Source: Planctomycetota bacterium
Lineage (GTDB): Bacteria > Planctomycetota > B15-G4 > SIAN01
Direction of reading: 5' to 3'
Assembly (NCBI GenBank): GCA_031409275.1
Contig: JANNXA010000049.1
Span: 91,575 to 155,574, forward strand
DNA length: 64,000 nucleotides
Shown here: positions 19,887 to 29,550 of the stretch, piece after piece
How positions within the stretch are numbered: the first letter of the stretch is position 1
How the letters are laid out: the number at the start of each line of letters is the position of its first letter
Notes under the pieces: generated by a model
Databases searched by the model: none
The model's input: only the letters and a program-made list of their open reading frames with translations
Told to the model about the DNA's origin: nothing
Position numbers and translations under genes: made by a program

Positions 19887-19986
19887 CGCTTCGCATCGGT
19901 GAGCAGCGCCGGAAATTCCTTCATGCGAGTGCCCGCGCGCTCGTCCTCGCCGTGGTCGTGCGCCGATCGAGCGGCGGGGAGCGGCG

Positions 19987-20553
19987 ATGAGCGGGGCCCA
20001 CCAGCACGATCGCGAGGCGGACGCAGCGACGCAGTCCTTCGTGGATGCGTTGCGCGCCGCACCGCGCCTGCTGATCGCGCTGATGCTGTTGCTGGCGCTG
20101 CTGGCGCAGGCGACGCTCGACTCCTACCGCGTCGCCGGCGCCTCGATGACGCCAGCCTTCCGCGATGGAGATCGCATCGTGGTCGCGACGATGCCCGGCT
20201 TCTTCGGCGAGCCTCGCTGCGGCGAGACGATCATCGCCCGCGTTGCCGACGAGGTGCTGCTGAAGCGGGTGGTCGGGCTGCCCGGTGATGTCATCGAAGA
20301 GGTCGACGGCGTGCTGCGCCGCAATGGCGAGCTGCTGTCCGATCCGATTCCGGCCGCCTACCACGACCACAGCCGCTTCGGCCCGATCGTGCTGGGTGCC
20401 GATCAGTTCTTCCTGATGGGCGACCATCGCCGCGTATCGATCGACTCGCGCGAGTTCGGTCCGGTCTCGCGCGACGAGCTGCTCGGCCGCGTCATCCTGC
20501 GCGTGCCGGCGCCAGTGCCGCGGCCGGCTGCCGAGGTCCTCGCGCGCGAGTGA
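19987..20553 (+). CDS. lepB: Signal peptidase I (S26)
   Basis: One TM, then VAGASMTP (catalytic Ser), LLKRVVGLPGD (Lys), FLMGDHR..SIDSREFG; start uncertain. Confidence 0.88.
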   Translation: MSGAHQHDREADAATQSFVDALRAAPRLLIALMLLLALLAQATLDSYRVAGASMTPAFRDGDRIVVATMPGFFGEPRCGETIIARVADEVLLKRVVGLPGDVIEEVDGVLRRNGELLSDPIPAAYHDHSRFGPIVLGADQFFLMGDHRRVSIDSREFGPVSRDELLGRVILRVPAPVPRPAAEVLARE

Positions 20554-23329
20554 CCAGTGCGGCGAGCGCGAGCAGCAGCCACGCCGCTCCCGCTCCCGCC
20601 GTCAGCCACAGGCCGCGGCGCACGGCCACTGGCCGATAGTCGAGCACCACGTGGCGCGCGCCGGTCGGGAGCACGACGCCGCGCCAGGCGACGTTGGCGG
20701 CGACCACCGCCGCCGGCGCGCCATCCACGGTCGCCTGCCAGCCGGGATCGAACCCTTCGTTGACCACCAGGAAGCCGCCGGCGCCGCCATCGAGCGTCAC
20801 CTCGATCCGCGCGGGCGAGCGAGCGAGCGCGACCACCTGCGACGGCGGACCGAGCAGTCGCAGCGTCGTGATCGGCAGCGCGGTGCCGTCGTCGAGCGGG
20901 AGCGCGGCGCTGTCGCTCGCACCCGAGAACGCGGACGGTCGCTCGCTCTCGAACCACGCACGATCGCGCAAGGAGGTCTCGCCGTTGGCGAGCTTGGCCA
21001 GCAGTGCCGCGTGCCACTGCGCGCGGGCGGACGCGGCCGCTGCGATCGGCGCGACGAAGCCCTCGGCGGTGGTGCCGATGGCGTCATCGCTCGGCGGCGG
21101 GGGCAGGAACGATGCCTGCGGCACGACGAAGGCGAAGGGAAGCGCGCGCTCGTTCTCGAAGACGCGCAGCTCGCCATCGCGTGCCGTCTCGCGCCAGCCC
21201 GCGACGTCGCCGCCATCGGCCGCGAGCGCCGCCACGAGGTCGTGCCGCGAAAGGAGGTGGCGCACCGAGCTTCCCGTCAGCAGCGGTGAGCGGAGCGCGG
21301 CGAGCGAGTGGAGCGGCAGTGCGGCGACGGTGACGACCGTCTCGTCGGGGCGCGTCTCCGGCTCGAGCGTGCGCAGCCAACGGGCGTAGCGCACCGGAAG
21401 CTGGACGAGGTAGCCATCCCCATCTTCGATCCCGAACAGCGCGCCGAGATTCGGTGGCAGCGGCAGCTTCTCGATCGAGTCGTCGCCGAGGCGCCAGTCG
21501 GGCGCGTAGCGTCGCACGCGGCCGCCGCTCGTCGCAGCGGCGAGCGGCGCGAGCAACGGCGGCGCTTGCGCGAAGTGGTCGGCTGGCAAGAACGGGTTGA
21601 CGCGGAAGTGCAGCGAACCGAGATCGGCCAGCGCGAAGAGCGCCAATGCCGTGATCGCGAGCCGCTGGCGCCCGCGTTCGACCCAGGCGGCCGCCAACGC
21701 CAGCACCAGCGCGCCACCGCCAAACCACGCAGCCGCTCGCCACGCGAGATGACGCACGAAGTCGTGCAGGGCGCCGTCCTCGCTGGCGGTGCGCGCTGCG
21801 AGGTCGGCGAACTGCGCCACCAACGCGGCGCCGTAGCGCGCCACCTGTCGATCGTGGAACCACTGCGCGAGACCGGACGGACCGAGCCGCTCGACCTGCA
21901 GCGCCAACGCGGCCGCCGCCAACGCGATCAGCAGCGTGGCAGCGAGCGCGACGCGGCGCGCGCGGCGTTCGGTCGGTTCGAGGAAGCGTTGCGCTCCCAA
22001 CGCGGCGAGCAGCGCCGACAGCAGCGCCGTGGTCGGGAGGATGCGGCGCACCTCGCCCATGTCGAAGCGCGGGAGGCTGGCGACGGCGCGCACGATCCAC
22101 GGAACCCCGAGCGCGTAGCTCCAGCAGCCCACCAGCGCCGCCAGCAACAGCGCGGGAAGCACGATGGCGGTGGCGCGCCACCGTGTCGCGAACGCCGCGA
22201 GCAGCAGGCCGATCGCGAGCGCGCCGGCGTAGCAGGTCGACTCGGTGGTGCTCGGCCGCGCCGCGGTCCCGACCGGTTGCCCGCTGCCGTCGGCCTGGCG
22301 GTCGACCCGCGCGTAGAGCGCGTTCCAGAGCGGGTTCTTGCCAAAGGACTGGCTCCACGGCTCGCGGCTGTCCATGAAGCAACCGGGAAGCGCATAGCCG
22401 AGCAACGTGGGCCAGGTTGCCGCTTCGCGGATCTGTTGCTCGACGTCGTGGGGTCGCTGCAGCGCCTGGCGGCTGGCGGCGTCGACGGGCGCGATCTGGC
22501 CGCCGGCCAGGGCGACGCCGGCTCCGAACGAAAGGGCGAGCGCGAGCAGCGGCCTCCACGCGGCGAGACGCCGCTCGCGCAGCAGGAGCAGCGCGCCGAA
22601 GACGGCGGCGCCCAGCACCCCGTAGAGCCCCGTCTGCGGGAAGCCGGACAGGACGATCAGCGCGATGGGGAGCGGCACGGCGAGCAGGCGAGCGATGCTC
22701 GGCGCCTTCGCGAAGGCGTGGACGGCCGCCAGCAGCCACGGCACCCACACCGCGGCGAAGAAGGTCATGTAGTAGTGGTAGCGCACCAGCAGCGGGCCGG
22801 AGGCCGCGAACAGCACTCCAGCGTAGAGCGCTGCCCCTGGCGTGAAGCGGAGCCGGCGCGCGAGCCACCACGCACCGAGCGCCGCGGCAACGACGTGGAA
22901 CGCGGTCGACCAGGCGTAGGCGCGTTCGAGCGGCTCGATCAAGAGCAGCAGATTCGGTGGATAGAGCAGCCCGTAGAGCGCCTGGCCAAGGAACGGCACG
23001 CCGCCGGCGATGGTCCGGTTCCAGGTCGGCAGTTCGCCGCGTCGCCACATGGCCGCCGCTTCGACGGTGTCGGGATGGAACAGCCACAGCTTGTCGGAGA
23101 GTTCGGGGTTCCCCGCCGCCCGCTCCTCCGCGACCGCCGTCGGCGACGCATGCGTGCGCCACGGCAGCAGCGGATCGGTGTGGAGCGGGACGAAGAGGCG
23201 TCCGCCGAGCAGCGCCGGCGCGAAGAGCAGCAGCGCCATCAGCGCGAACGCCCCGAGCGCGGCGACGGGACCGAGCCCTCGTCGCCGATCGTCGGCAGGC
23301 GCCGCCTCGTGCGGGGGCGCCTCAGCCAT
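20492..23329 (-). CDS. YfhO-family large polytopic membrane protein (putative GT-C glycosyltransferase)
   Basis: GELPTWN..IAGGVPF, LYPPN, SGFPQ, many TMs, FENERALPFAF, C-terminal GWQATVDG..VLPTGARHVVLDYRP. Confidence 0.8.
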   Translation of the reverse strand: MAEAPPHEAAPADDRRRGLGPVAALGAFALMALLLFAPALLGGRLFVPLHTDPLLPWRTHASPTAVAEERAAGNPELSDKLWLFHPDTVEAAAMWRRGELPTWNRTIAGGVPFLGQALYGLLYPPNLLLLIEPLERAYAWSTAFHVVAAALGAWWLARRLRFTPGAALYAGVLFAASGPLLVRYHYYMTFFAAVWVPWLLAAVHAFAKAPSIARLLAVPLPIALIVLSGFPQTGLYGVLGAAVFGALLLLRERRLAAWRPLLALALSFGAGVALAGGQIAPVDAASRQALQRPHDVEQQIREAATWPTLLGYALPGCFMDSREPWSQSFGKNPLWNALYARVDRQADGSGQPVGTAARPSTTESTCYAGALAIGLLLAAFATRWRATAIVLPALLLAALVGCWSYALGVPWIVRAVASLPRFDMGEVRRILPTTALLSALLAALGAQRFLEPTERRARRVALAATLLIALAAAALALQVERLGPSGLAQWFHDRQVARYGAALVAQFADLAARTASEDGALHDFVRHLAWRAAAWFGGGALVLALAAAWVERGRQRLAITALALFALADLGSLHFRVNPFLPADHFAQAPPLLAPLAAATSGGRVRRYAPDWRLGDDSIEKLPLPPNLGALFGIEDGDGYLVQLPVRYARWLRTLEPETRPDETVVTVAALPLHSLAALRSPLLTGSSVRHLLSRHDLVAALAADGGDVAGWRETARDGELRVFENERALPFAFVVPQASFLPPPPSDDAIGTTAEGFVAPIAAAASARAQWHAALLAKLANGETSLRDRAWFESERPSAFSGASDSAALPLDDGTALPITTLRLLGPPSQVVALARSPARIEVTLDGGAGGFLVVNEGFDPGWQATVDGAPAAVVAANVAWRGVVLPTGARHVVLDYRPVAVRRGLWLTAGAGAAWLLLALAALVTRARGPRQPAAALAPARAG

Positions 23330-25442
23330 CGAGTGCCGCGCGCACTTTGGAGAAGAGCTCTGCGACGGTGAACGGCTTGTGCAGGAACTCGGCGCCGACG
23401 TTGCGCGCGGCGTCCTCGCTCCCGCTGACATGCGTCGAGATCAAGATCGCCCGCAGACCCGGTTGCCGCAGCCGCAACTGCCTCACGAGCTCGTTGCCGA
23501 TCATCCGCGGCATGCGCTCGTCGCTGAGGAGCAGGTCGAGTGGCGTTCGCCGCCGTTCGTACCACTCGATCGCCTCGGCGCCGCTGCGAGCGCTCGCGAC
23601 CTTGTAGCCCTGCGCCTCGAGCACGCGGGTGGTCAACGTCCGAACCGAGTCGTCGTCCTCGACCACCAGGATCGACTCGCCGCGACCGAGCGGCGGCGTG
23701 CTCTGGTGCTGCGGCACGGGAGCGCGGGGAGAGTTGGCGGGAGCTGCCGGAAAGCGCATCCGGAACGTGCTGCCTTGACCGGGAGCGCTCTCGACGGTGA
23801 TGCTGCCGCCGCGCTCGCGCACCAGCGAGTCGACGATGGCGAGACCGAGGCCGCTGCCGCTCCCGCTGCCGTCCTCCTTGGTGGAGAAGAATGGCTCGAA
23901 GAGCCGCTCGCGGATCTCCAGACTCATGCCCGCGCCGCTGTCCTGAACCTGCAGCACCACCGAGCCATCGTCACGCGCGTCGGCACCCACGCGGATCGTC
24001 AGCTGTCCGCCGTCGGGCATCGCGTCGCGCGCGTTGAGCGCGAGGTTGAGCACGATCTGCTCCACTTGCGTGGGGTGGGCAAGGATCGGCGGCAGGTCCG
24101 GCGCGAGTTCGAGCGCCAGCGCGATGTTCGACCCGAGTTGCCGTTCGAGCAGCGGAGCGAGTTCGCGGATCGCGGCGGCGAGGTCGATTGCGCTGGCTTC
24201 GAGGCGGCTGGGTCGGCTGAAGGCGAGGAGTTGCCGAGTCAGCCAGCTGGCGCGCTCTGCGGTGCGCGCGATCTCCTCGACCTCGAAGCGCAGCGGCGAG
24301 TCGGGCGGCAACTCGGTCATGACGCTGCCGGCGTATCCGAGCACGACGGTCAGGAAGTTGTTGAAGTCGTGGGCGACGTAGCTCGCCAGCCGGCCGATCG
24401 CCTCCATCTTCTCGAGGTGGCGCACGCGCTGCTGCGCGAGACCGAGCTTCTGCTCGATCTGCTGATGCTCGGTCGTGTCGACGGCCGCGCCGGCGACGCC
24501 GAGGATCGAGCCGTCAGTTGAACGGAGCGGAGCCAGATGGGCGAGGTAGCTGCGCCCGCTCCATTCGATTGCGTAACGGCCGACGTCGCCCGCGAGCGCC
24601 GCGCGGTGGTGGGCCAGCTGGGTGTTCGCGGCGCCGTTCGCGCCGAGGTACTCGGCGAGCGAACGGCCGACCCACTCCTCCGTTCGGGTCGGCGACGGCG
24701 GTACCGCCGATCCACCGAGGAACGTGATTCGCAGGTCGCGATCGGTGCTCCACAACACGACCGGCGCGCGCGCGAGCAGCAGGTTCAGACGCTCGTCGCT
24801 CTCGAAGCGAGCGCGGCTCTCTTCCACCCAACGGTCGCGATCGCGCTGGCGGAAGTAGACCAGGAGCGCGATCAGTCCGCCCATCACGCACGCGAAGGCG
24901 ATGAGCCACCGGGCGTTCCGGTTGCTGGAGCGCATCTCGGAGACGTAGGAGAGCAGGTCGTTGCGCAGCTCCCAGATCACGGCGTGCACCGCGGCTCGGA
25001 GCAGCTCGCTGCGCGAGCGGAGCTCGCGTTCGAGCTCGATCTCGAGCGCCGCTCCGGACTGATCCGAGAAGAAACGCGGCAGGTCCGCGATCAGCATGTC
25101 GAGCGCCACCGCGGCGTGGCTCAGTGCCGCGCTCAGCTCGGGGCGCCGCGTGGAAGCTGCGAGCGCCGCCGCCTGCGCCTGCGGAAACGCGGCCGCGACT
25201 CTGGCGAGCTCCGCCTGCGCGCGACCGAGATCGTTGGTGACGCTTCGGTCACCCACCGCGTCCACCGACTCGTTCATGGCATCGAACGCGCGATTGGCCG
25301 CCTCGATCGACTCGACCGACATCTGCCAGCGATCCATGCGCTGCTGCAGGCGAAACGCTGCTGCGATGAAGGCGAGCGCCAGCGACAGCGCGATCCACGT
25401 CAGCGTTCGCGCGAGGAACTGCAGCCGAGTCGAGGCGCTCAT
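23322..25442 (-). CDS. Membrane-bound hybrid sensor histidine kinase (2 TM, PAS, HisKA, HATPase, REC)
   Basis: H-box AHDFNN, N-box NLALNARDAM, DSGAGM, FEPFFSTK, GSGLGL; receiver ILVVEDD..LLLSD..KPF. Confidence 0.92.
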   Translation of the reverse strand: MSASTRLQFLARTLTWIALSLALAFIAAAFRLQQRMDRWQMSVESIEAANRAFDAMNESVDAVGDRSVTNDLGRAQAELARVAAAFPQAQAAALAASTRRPELSAALSHAAVALDMLIADLPRFFSDQSGAALEIELERELRSRSELLRAAVHAVIWELRNDLLSYVSEMRSSNRNARWLIAFACVMGGLIALLVYFRQRDRDRWVEESRARFESDERLNLLLARAPVVLWSTDRDLRITFLGGSAVPPSPTRTEEWVGRSLAEYLGANGAANTQLAHHRAALAGDVGRYAIEWSGRSYLAHLAPLRSTDGSILGVAGAAVDTTEHQQIEQKLGLAQQRVRHLEKMEAIGRLASYVAHDFNNFLTVVLGYAGSVMTELPPDSPLRFEVEEIARTAERASWLTRQLLAFSRPSRLEASAIDLAAAIRELAPLLERQLGSNIALALELAPDLPPILAHPTQVEQIVLNLALNARDAMPDGGQLTIRVGADARDDGSVVLQVQDSGAGMSLEIRERLFEPFFSTKEDGSGSGSGLGLAIVDSLVRERGGSITVESAPGQGSTFRMRFPAAPANSPRAPVPQHQSTPPLGRGESILVVEDDDSVRTLTTRVLEAQGYKVASARSGAEAIEWYERRRTPLDLLLSDERMPRMIGNELVRQLRLRQPGLRAILISTHVSGSEDAARNVGAEFLHKPFTVAELFSKVRAALDG

Positions 25443-26218
25443 CGAGGAGGGCGCTCCGCGCTGCGGCGCGCCAGCAGGACCAGCGAGTGTCCGAGCGGGA
25501 ACGACGCGTGCCGAAGGATGAGGCGTTCGCTGGAGAAGATGCCCGCCAGCATCGCGTTCAGCCAGCGCGGCAGCCGGTAGCTCAGGTTCGTCTCCGACGC
25601 GGCGTCGGGTCGCTTGAGGAAGCGCTGCTTGAGCTTGAGCAGCAACACCGCGGGGACGATCAGCGGGAAGAGCCAGCTGTTCACGTAGCTCGCCTGCATC
25701 ACCTCGAAGCCGGCGGCGCGCGCCTTCGCGGCCAGTTCGCCGCGACGGTAGCGCCGTTTGTGGTGGGCGACGCGGTCGTTCTCGGAGAAGAGGAACTGCC
25801 ACGCTGGCACCGAGACGAAGAGCAGCCCTCCGGGTTTCAGGGCCTGCGCGAAGGCCGCCAGCGCGGTGCGATCGTCGTCGAGGTGCTCGATGCAGTCGAA
25901 GGCCGTGACCAGGTCGAGGCTCGCTGGCGCGACCGGCAGCTGCTCGGCCGAACCGATCAGCAGCCGCGGGAAGCCGCGGGCGCGCGCCTGACGCAACAGA
26001 TCGGTCGAGATGTCGAGGCCGATGGGAGCCGTGAGGCGGGAGAGGCCGGGCAGCATCCCGCCGGCGCCGCATCCGACGTCCAGCGCCCGCAGCGTTCGCG
26101 AAGCGGCGCGACCGGCCAGCGCGCGCTCGATGACGTCGAAGAAGATGCGGCGACGGCCGACGAACCACCAGTGGTGGTGTTCGAGCTCGATGAACTGGCG
26201 GGCGGCGAGGTCGTCCAC
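25439..26218 (-). CDS. Class I SAM-dependent methyltransferase
   Basis: HWWFVGRR, ALDVGCGAG, AFDCIEHLDDD, LKPGG..VSVPA, HKRRY. Confidence 0.9.
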   Translation of the reverse strand: MDDLAARQFIELEHHHWWFVGRRRIFFDVIERALAGRAASRTLRALDVGCGAGGMLPGLSRLTAPIGLDISTDLLRQARARGFPRLLIGSAEQLPVAPASLDLVTAFDCIEHLDDDRTALAAFAQALKPGGLLFVSVPAWQFLFSENDRVAHHKRRYRRGELAAKARAAGFEVMQASYVNSWLFPLIVPAVLLLKLKQRFLKRPDAASETNLSYRLPRWLNAMLAGIFSSERLILRHASFPLGHSLVLLARRSAERPPR

Positions 26219-26228
26219 CGGCGGCGGC

Positions 26229-27158
26229 TCAGGCCGAGGCCGTGGGACGCGCGACGACGAGCATCTCGTCGAAGACGTTGACGTAGAGCGACCGGCTGCC
26301 CAGCAGTCGCAGCGGGGCGAGCAGCGTGGTCAGAAGCGGGTGGACGCGGCCGGCGCGCTCGACCAGGAATCGCACCGAGACGTGCTTGCCGCCGCGTCGC
26401 GGCGACCACTCGATCAGCTCGAAGCCTGCCTTCTGCAGCAGGCGCGGCATCGTCTTCGGATCGAAGTGCCAGAGGTGTTCCTGGAACTTGTAGTGCTGCC
26501 AGCGCAGCCCCATGACCCGAGCGAAGAGCGAGGCGACGTTCTGCGTCTCGAACACGAGGATGCCGCCCGGTGCCAGCAGCCGCCGCGCGGTCGCGAGGAA
26601 GGCGACGGGATCCTCGATGTGCTCGACCACGTCGAACATCGTGATGACGTCGAAGCGTCCGCCGAAGAGGCCGCGCTGCTCCACTTCCTCGAGCAGTCCG
26701 CAGTGGATGCGATCCGGTGCGCCAAGGCGTCGGCCGGCCAGCGCCGCCATCTCCGCGGAGAGCTCGACGCCATGCACGTCGTAGCCACGTTCACGCAGCG
26801 CCGTCAGGGCGAAGCCGGCCGCGCACCCGACGTCGAGCAGGCGTGCCGGCGGAGCGCGGTGGCGAACCACCAGGTCGCTGCGCATGCGGAACGTCCGGAC
26901 GTAGAGCGCCTCGTCGGCGACGTAGTCGGTGTAGCCGAAGTCCTTGGCCGCAGAGCTCTTCCAGTAGTCGTTCTGGTACATCGCGTGCAACGCCGCGCGA
27001 TCGAGCCACGGCACGGTGTAGACCAGCCCGCAGCCGTTGCAGCGCACGATCTGGAACGGCGGCTTCTCGTGGACGACGCTGCGCGCGCGCTCGCCGCAGA
27101 GGACGCAGGCGATGTCGTAGCGCGCCGAACTCGCGTCGAGGATGGGAGCGCTGCCCAT
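26229..27158 (-). CDS. Class I SAM-dependent methyltransferase with N-terminal zinc ribbon
   Basis: CVLC...CNGCG; LLDVGCAAG, MFDVVEHIEDP, LAPGG, HLWHF. Confidence 0.9.
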   Translation of the reverse strand: MGSAPILDASSARYDIACVLCGERARSVVHEKPPFQIVRCNGCGLVYTVPWLDRAALHAMYQNDYWKSSAAKDFGYTDYVADEALYVRTFRMRSDLVVRHRAPPARLLDVGCAAGFALTALRERGYDVHGVELSAEMAALAGRRLGAPDRIHCGLLEEVEQRGLFGGRFDVITMFDVVEHIEDPVAFLATARRLLAPGGILVFETQNVASLFARVMGLRWQHYKFQEHLWHFDPKTMPRLLQKAGFELIEWSPRRGGKHVSVRFLVERAGRVHPLLTTLLAPLRLLGSRSLYVNVFDEMLVVARPTASA

Positions 27159-27172
27159 GGCGGGAATCGCAG

Positions 27173-28585
27173 TCAGTCGAACGACTCGTCTTCGGTCGCC
27201 ACCTCGCCATGGTCGGGCCCCTGGCCGGTGGCGATCGTGCGCGCGACGCGCGCGCCCATCGCGATCGAGTGGTCCATGTTGCCGTAGCGGAACAGCCCCT
27301 GCCGGCCGGTCGACACCAGGTTCTTCAGGTGGCGCAGGTGGGCCAGCAGCGTCTGCAGGTTCTTGCGGTAGGCAAGGTCGTACAGCGGATAGGAGTAGGG
27401 CACCTTGCGGACCGCGGAGTCGATCACCTCTTCGGCGCGGAACAGCCCGACGGAAACAAGGTCGCGCGTCGCGATGGCGGCGAGTTCGGCGTCGCTCTGG
27501 CGCCAGCGGGCGTCGCCCTCGTTGCAGGTGATCTCGGCGCAGACCAGCGTCTTGCCTTGCGGGCAGGTGCTGGTGGCGAAGTTCTTGAACTCGCTGATCC
27601 GGTGGACGGTGAGGTGCTTCTCCGGCAAGTAGACCCAGTGGTCTGGAGTCACCTGCTCGCGGGCGAGCATCAGGTAGACGAACAGGATCGCCTTGTGCTT
27701 CAAGTCGCGTGCGGCGTCGAGGGCCTCGCGCGGCGCCGGCGGATCGAGCATCTCGACCAGGCGATTGACCGGCAGCGTGCTGACCACGCGATCGGCGGCG
27801 GCGACCGCCTCTTCGACGCGCTGTCCGTCGCGCTCGTAGACGATGGCCGTGACGCGCGTGCCGTCGTGCTTCATCTGGCGGATCGCGGCGCCCGTGACGA
27901 CGGTCCCGCCGTTCGCTTCCGTGATGCGCCGGTATCCCTGCGCGATGGCGCCGACGCCGCCTTCCTTGGGATAGATGAACTTCGATACGTAGGTGCGCGG
28001 GACGTCCTTCGGGCGCGTCAGCGTCTTCTTCACCACGTCCCACAGGTTGAGCAGCGTGATGCGCTGCGAGGCCCAGTCGGGGCTGATCTGGCTGGCCGGA
28101 ATCTGCCACGCCTTCTCGGTGTAGGTGCTGAAAAAGGTGCGAGCCAGCGTGTTGCCGAAGCGCTTGCGGACGTAGTTCTCGAAGTTGTCGTCAGGCAGCG
28201 GCTTCCACTTCTGACGAAACCACATCGCCCAGTAGTCGAGGAACGACCGCGCCAGGATCAGCGGCGGGAGGTTGCGGATGACGTTGCCGGCGCGCAGCGG
28301 GTAGTAGAAGAACCGGTTGAACAGGAAGATCCGGCTCATGCGCTCGCGGTCGTGGACGTTGCCGTCGAGCGCGCCCTTCACGTGGTCGTTGATCGCGGCC
28401 GCGTTGCTGTGGAAGCGGTGGGGGCCGAGGTCGACCACGTAGTCGCCGATGCGCAGCGACTGCGCCAGGCCGCCGACCTGCGCCTGCGATTCGAGCACGC
28501 GGACGCGGACGCCCGCCTTGCTCAAGTCCGCCGCGCACGACATGCCGGCGAGCCCGCCCCCCAGGATGTGGACGTTGGCCGCCAT
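27173..28585 (-). CDS. FAD-dependent oxidoreductase (HemY-like/UDP-galactopyranose-mutase-related family common in glycan loci)
   Basis: ILGGGLAG Rossmann motif, VGGL, DLGPHRF, YTEKAW, YPKEG, GRQGLFRYGNMDHS. Confidence 0.8.
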   Translation of the reverse strand: MAANVHILGGGLAGMSCAADLSKAGVRVRVLESQAQVGGLAQSLRIGDYVVDLGPHRFHSNAAAINDHVKGALDGNVHDRERMSRIFLFNRFFYYPLRAGNVIRNLPPLILARSFLDYWAMWFRQKWKPLPDDNFENYVRKRFGNTLARTFFSTYTEKAWQIPASQISPDWASQRITLLNLWDVVKKTLTRPKDVPRTYVSKFIYPKEGGVGAIAQGYRRITEANGGTVVTGAAIRQMKHDGTRVTAIVYERDGQRVEEAVAAADRVVSTLPVNRLVEMLDPPAPREALDAARDLKHKAILFVYLMLAREQVTPDHWVYLPEKHLTVHRISEFKNFATSTCPQGKTLVCAEITCNEGDARWRQSDAELAAIATRDLVSVGLFRAEEVIDSAVRKVPYSYPLYDLAYRKNLQTLLAHLRHLKNLVSTGRQGLFRYGNMDHSIAMGARVARTIATGQGPDHGEVATEDESFD

Positions 28586-28679
28586 GCGCAGATAAGGCTC
28601 CGAAGTCGACGAAAGTCAGGGCGGGGAAAAGTAGCACGCTGCAGCGGGGGCGGCAATGCGCGCGAAACGTCCGGCGCCG

Positions 28680-29426
28680 TCAGGGAGGCGAAGCCCTTTC
28701 CGTTCCGTAGTCGCCGCGCCGAGCGTGGCGGCGAATGGCGAGCAGCTCGGCGAAGCTCTTCAGCATGGCGCTGCCGACACGGACGCGGCTGTCCGGCCGA
28801 TCGGCCCAACGCACGGGCAGTTCCGCGACGCGCAGCCCCAGCCGGTGCGCGAGGAAGAGGATCTCCGCGTCGAACGACCAGCGATCCAGGCGTTGGCGCG
28901 TGAAGATCGCCTGCGCCGCCGCGGCGCGAAAGCCCTTGAAGCCGCACGTGAAATCGGAGACTTCGAGCCCGAGCACCGCGTTGGCGAGCCGGGTGTAGCT
29001 GCGGCCGAGCTGCACGCGGTACCACGGCTGCGGCCGCTCGATGCGCGCCTGCGGGTGCTTGCGCGTGCCGACGGCGACATCCGCTCCCGCCGCCAGCTCG
29101 GCACGGAAGCGCTCGAGCTCTGTCAGCGGAGTGGAAAGGTCGGCATCGAAGAAGAAGATCGGATCGCCGCGCGCCGCGAGCATGCCGGCTCGCACCGCGG
29201 CCCCTTTGCCGCGGTTGGTCGGCAAGCTCGCGACGCGCAACGGCAGGCGGTCAGCCAGAGCCCGCGCGAGGTCGGCGCTGGCGTCGCGGCTCCCGTCGTC
29301 CGCGACCACGATCTCGAAGTCGCCTGGCGCGATGGCGGTGAGATGGGCCCCGACGGCGAGCAGGGTCGCCTGCAGGCACGCCGCCTCGTTGTAGACCGGG
29401 ATGACGACGCTCAACACGGCGATCAT
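28680..29426 (-). CDS. Dolichyl/polyprenol-phosphate beta-glucosyltransferase-like GT2
   Basis: LSVVIPVYNE, DDGSRD, NRGKGAAVRAG, FFDADLSTP, DFTCGFKGF, WSFDAE, ELPVRW. Confidence 0.9.
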   Translation of the reverse strand: MIAVLSVVIPVYNEAACLQATLLAVGAHLTAIAPGDFEIVVADDGSRDASADLARALADRLPLRVASLPTNRGKGAAVRAGMLAARGDPIFFFDADLSTPLTELERFRAELAAGADVAVGTRKHPQARIERPQPWYRVQLGRSYTRLANAVLGLEVSDFTCGFKGFRAAAAQAIFTRQRLDRWSFDAEILFLAHRLGLRVAELPVRWADRPDSRVRVGSAMLKSFAELLAIRRHARRGDYGTERASPP

Positions 29427-29550
29427 GCGTCCGCAAGGAGGGGCACGGCTTCGAAGGTGGGGTAGCCTAGCCTGCGTCGGCGAGCCGTCGCACGGCGCGG
29501 GCGACGCGAGGCAAGAAATTCGCGGCCGCGACCGCGAGGAGGGGCAGCGG

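Noticed and set aside
19770..20288. 172-aa ORF spanning the repeats
   Set aside because: It translates the tandem repeats and overlaps lepB out of frame.
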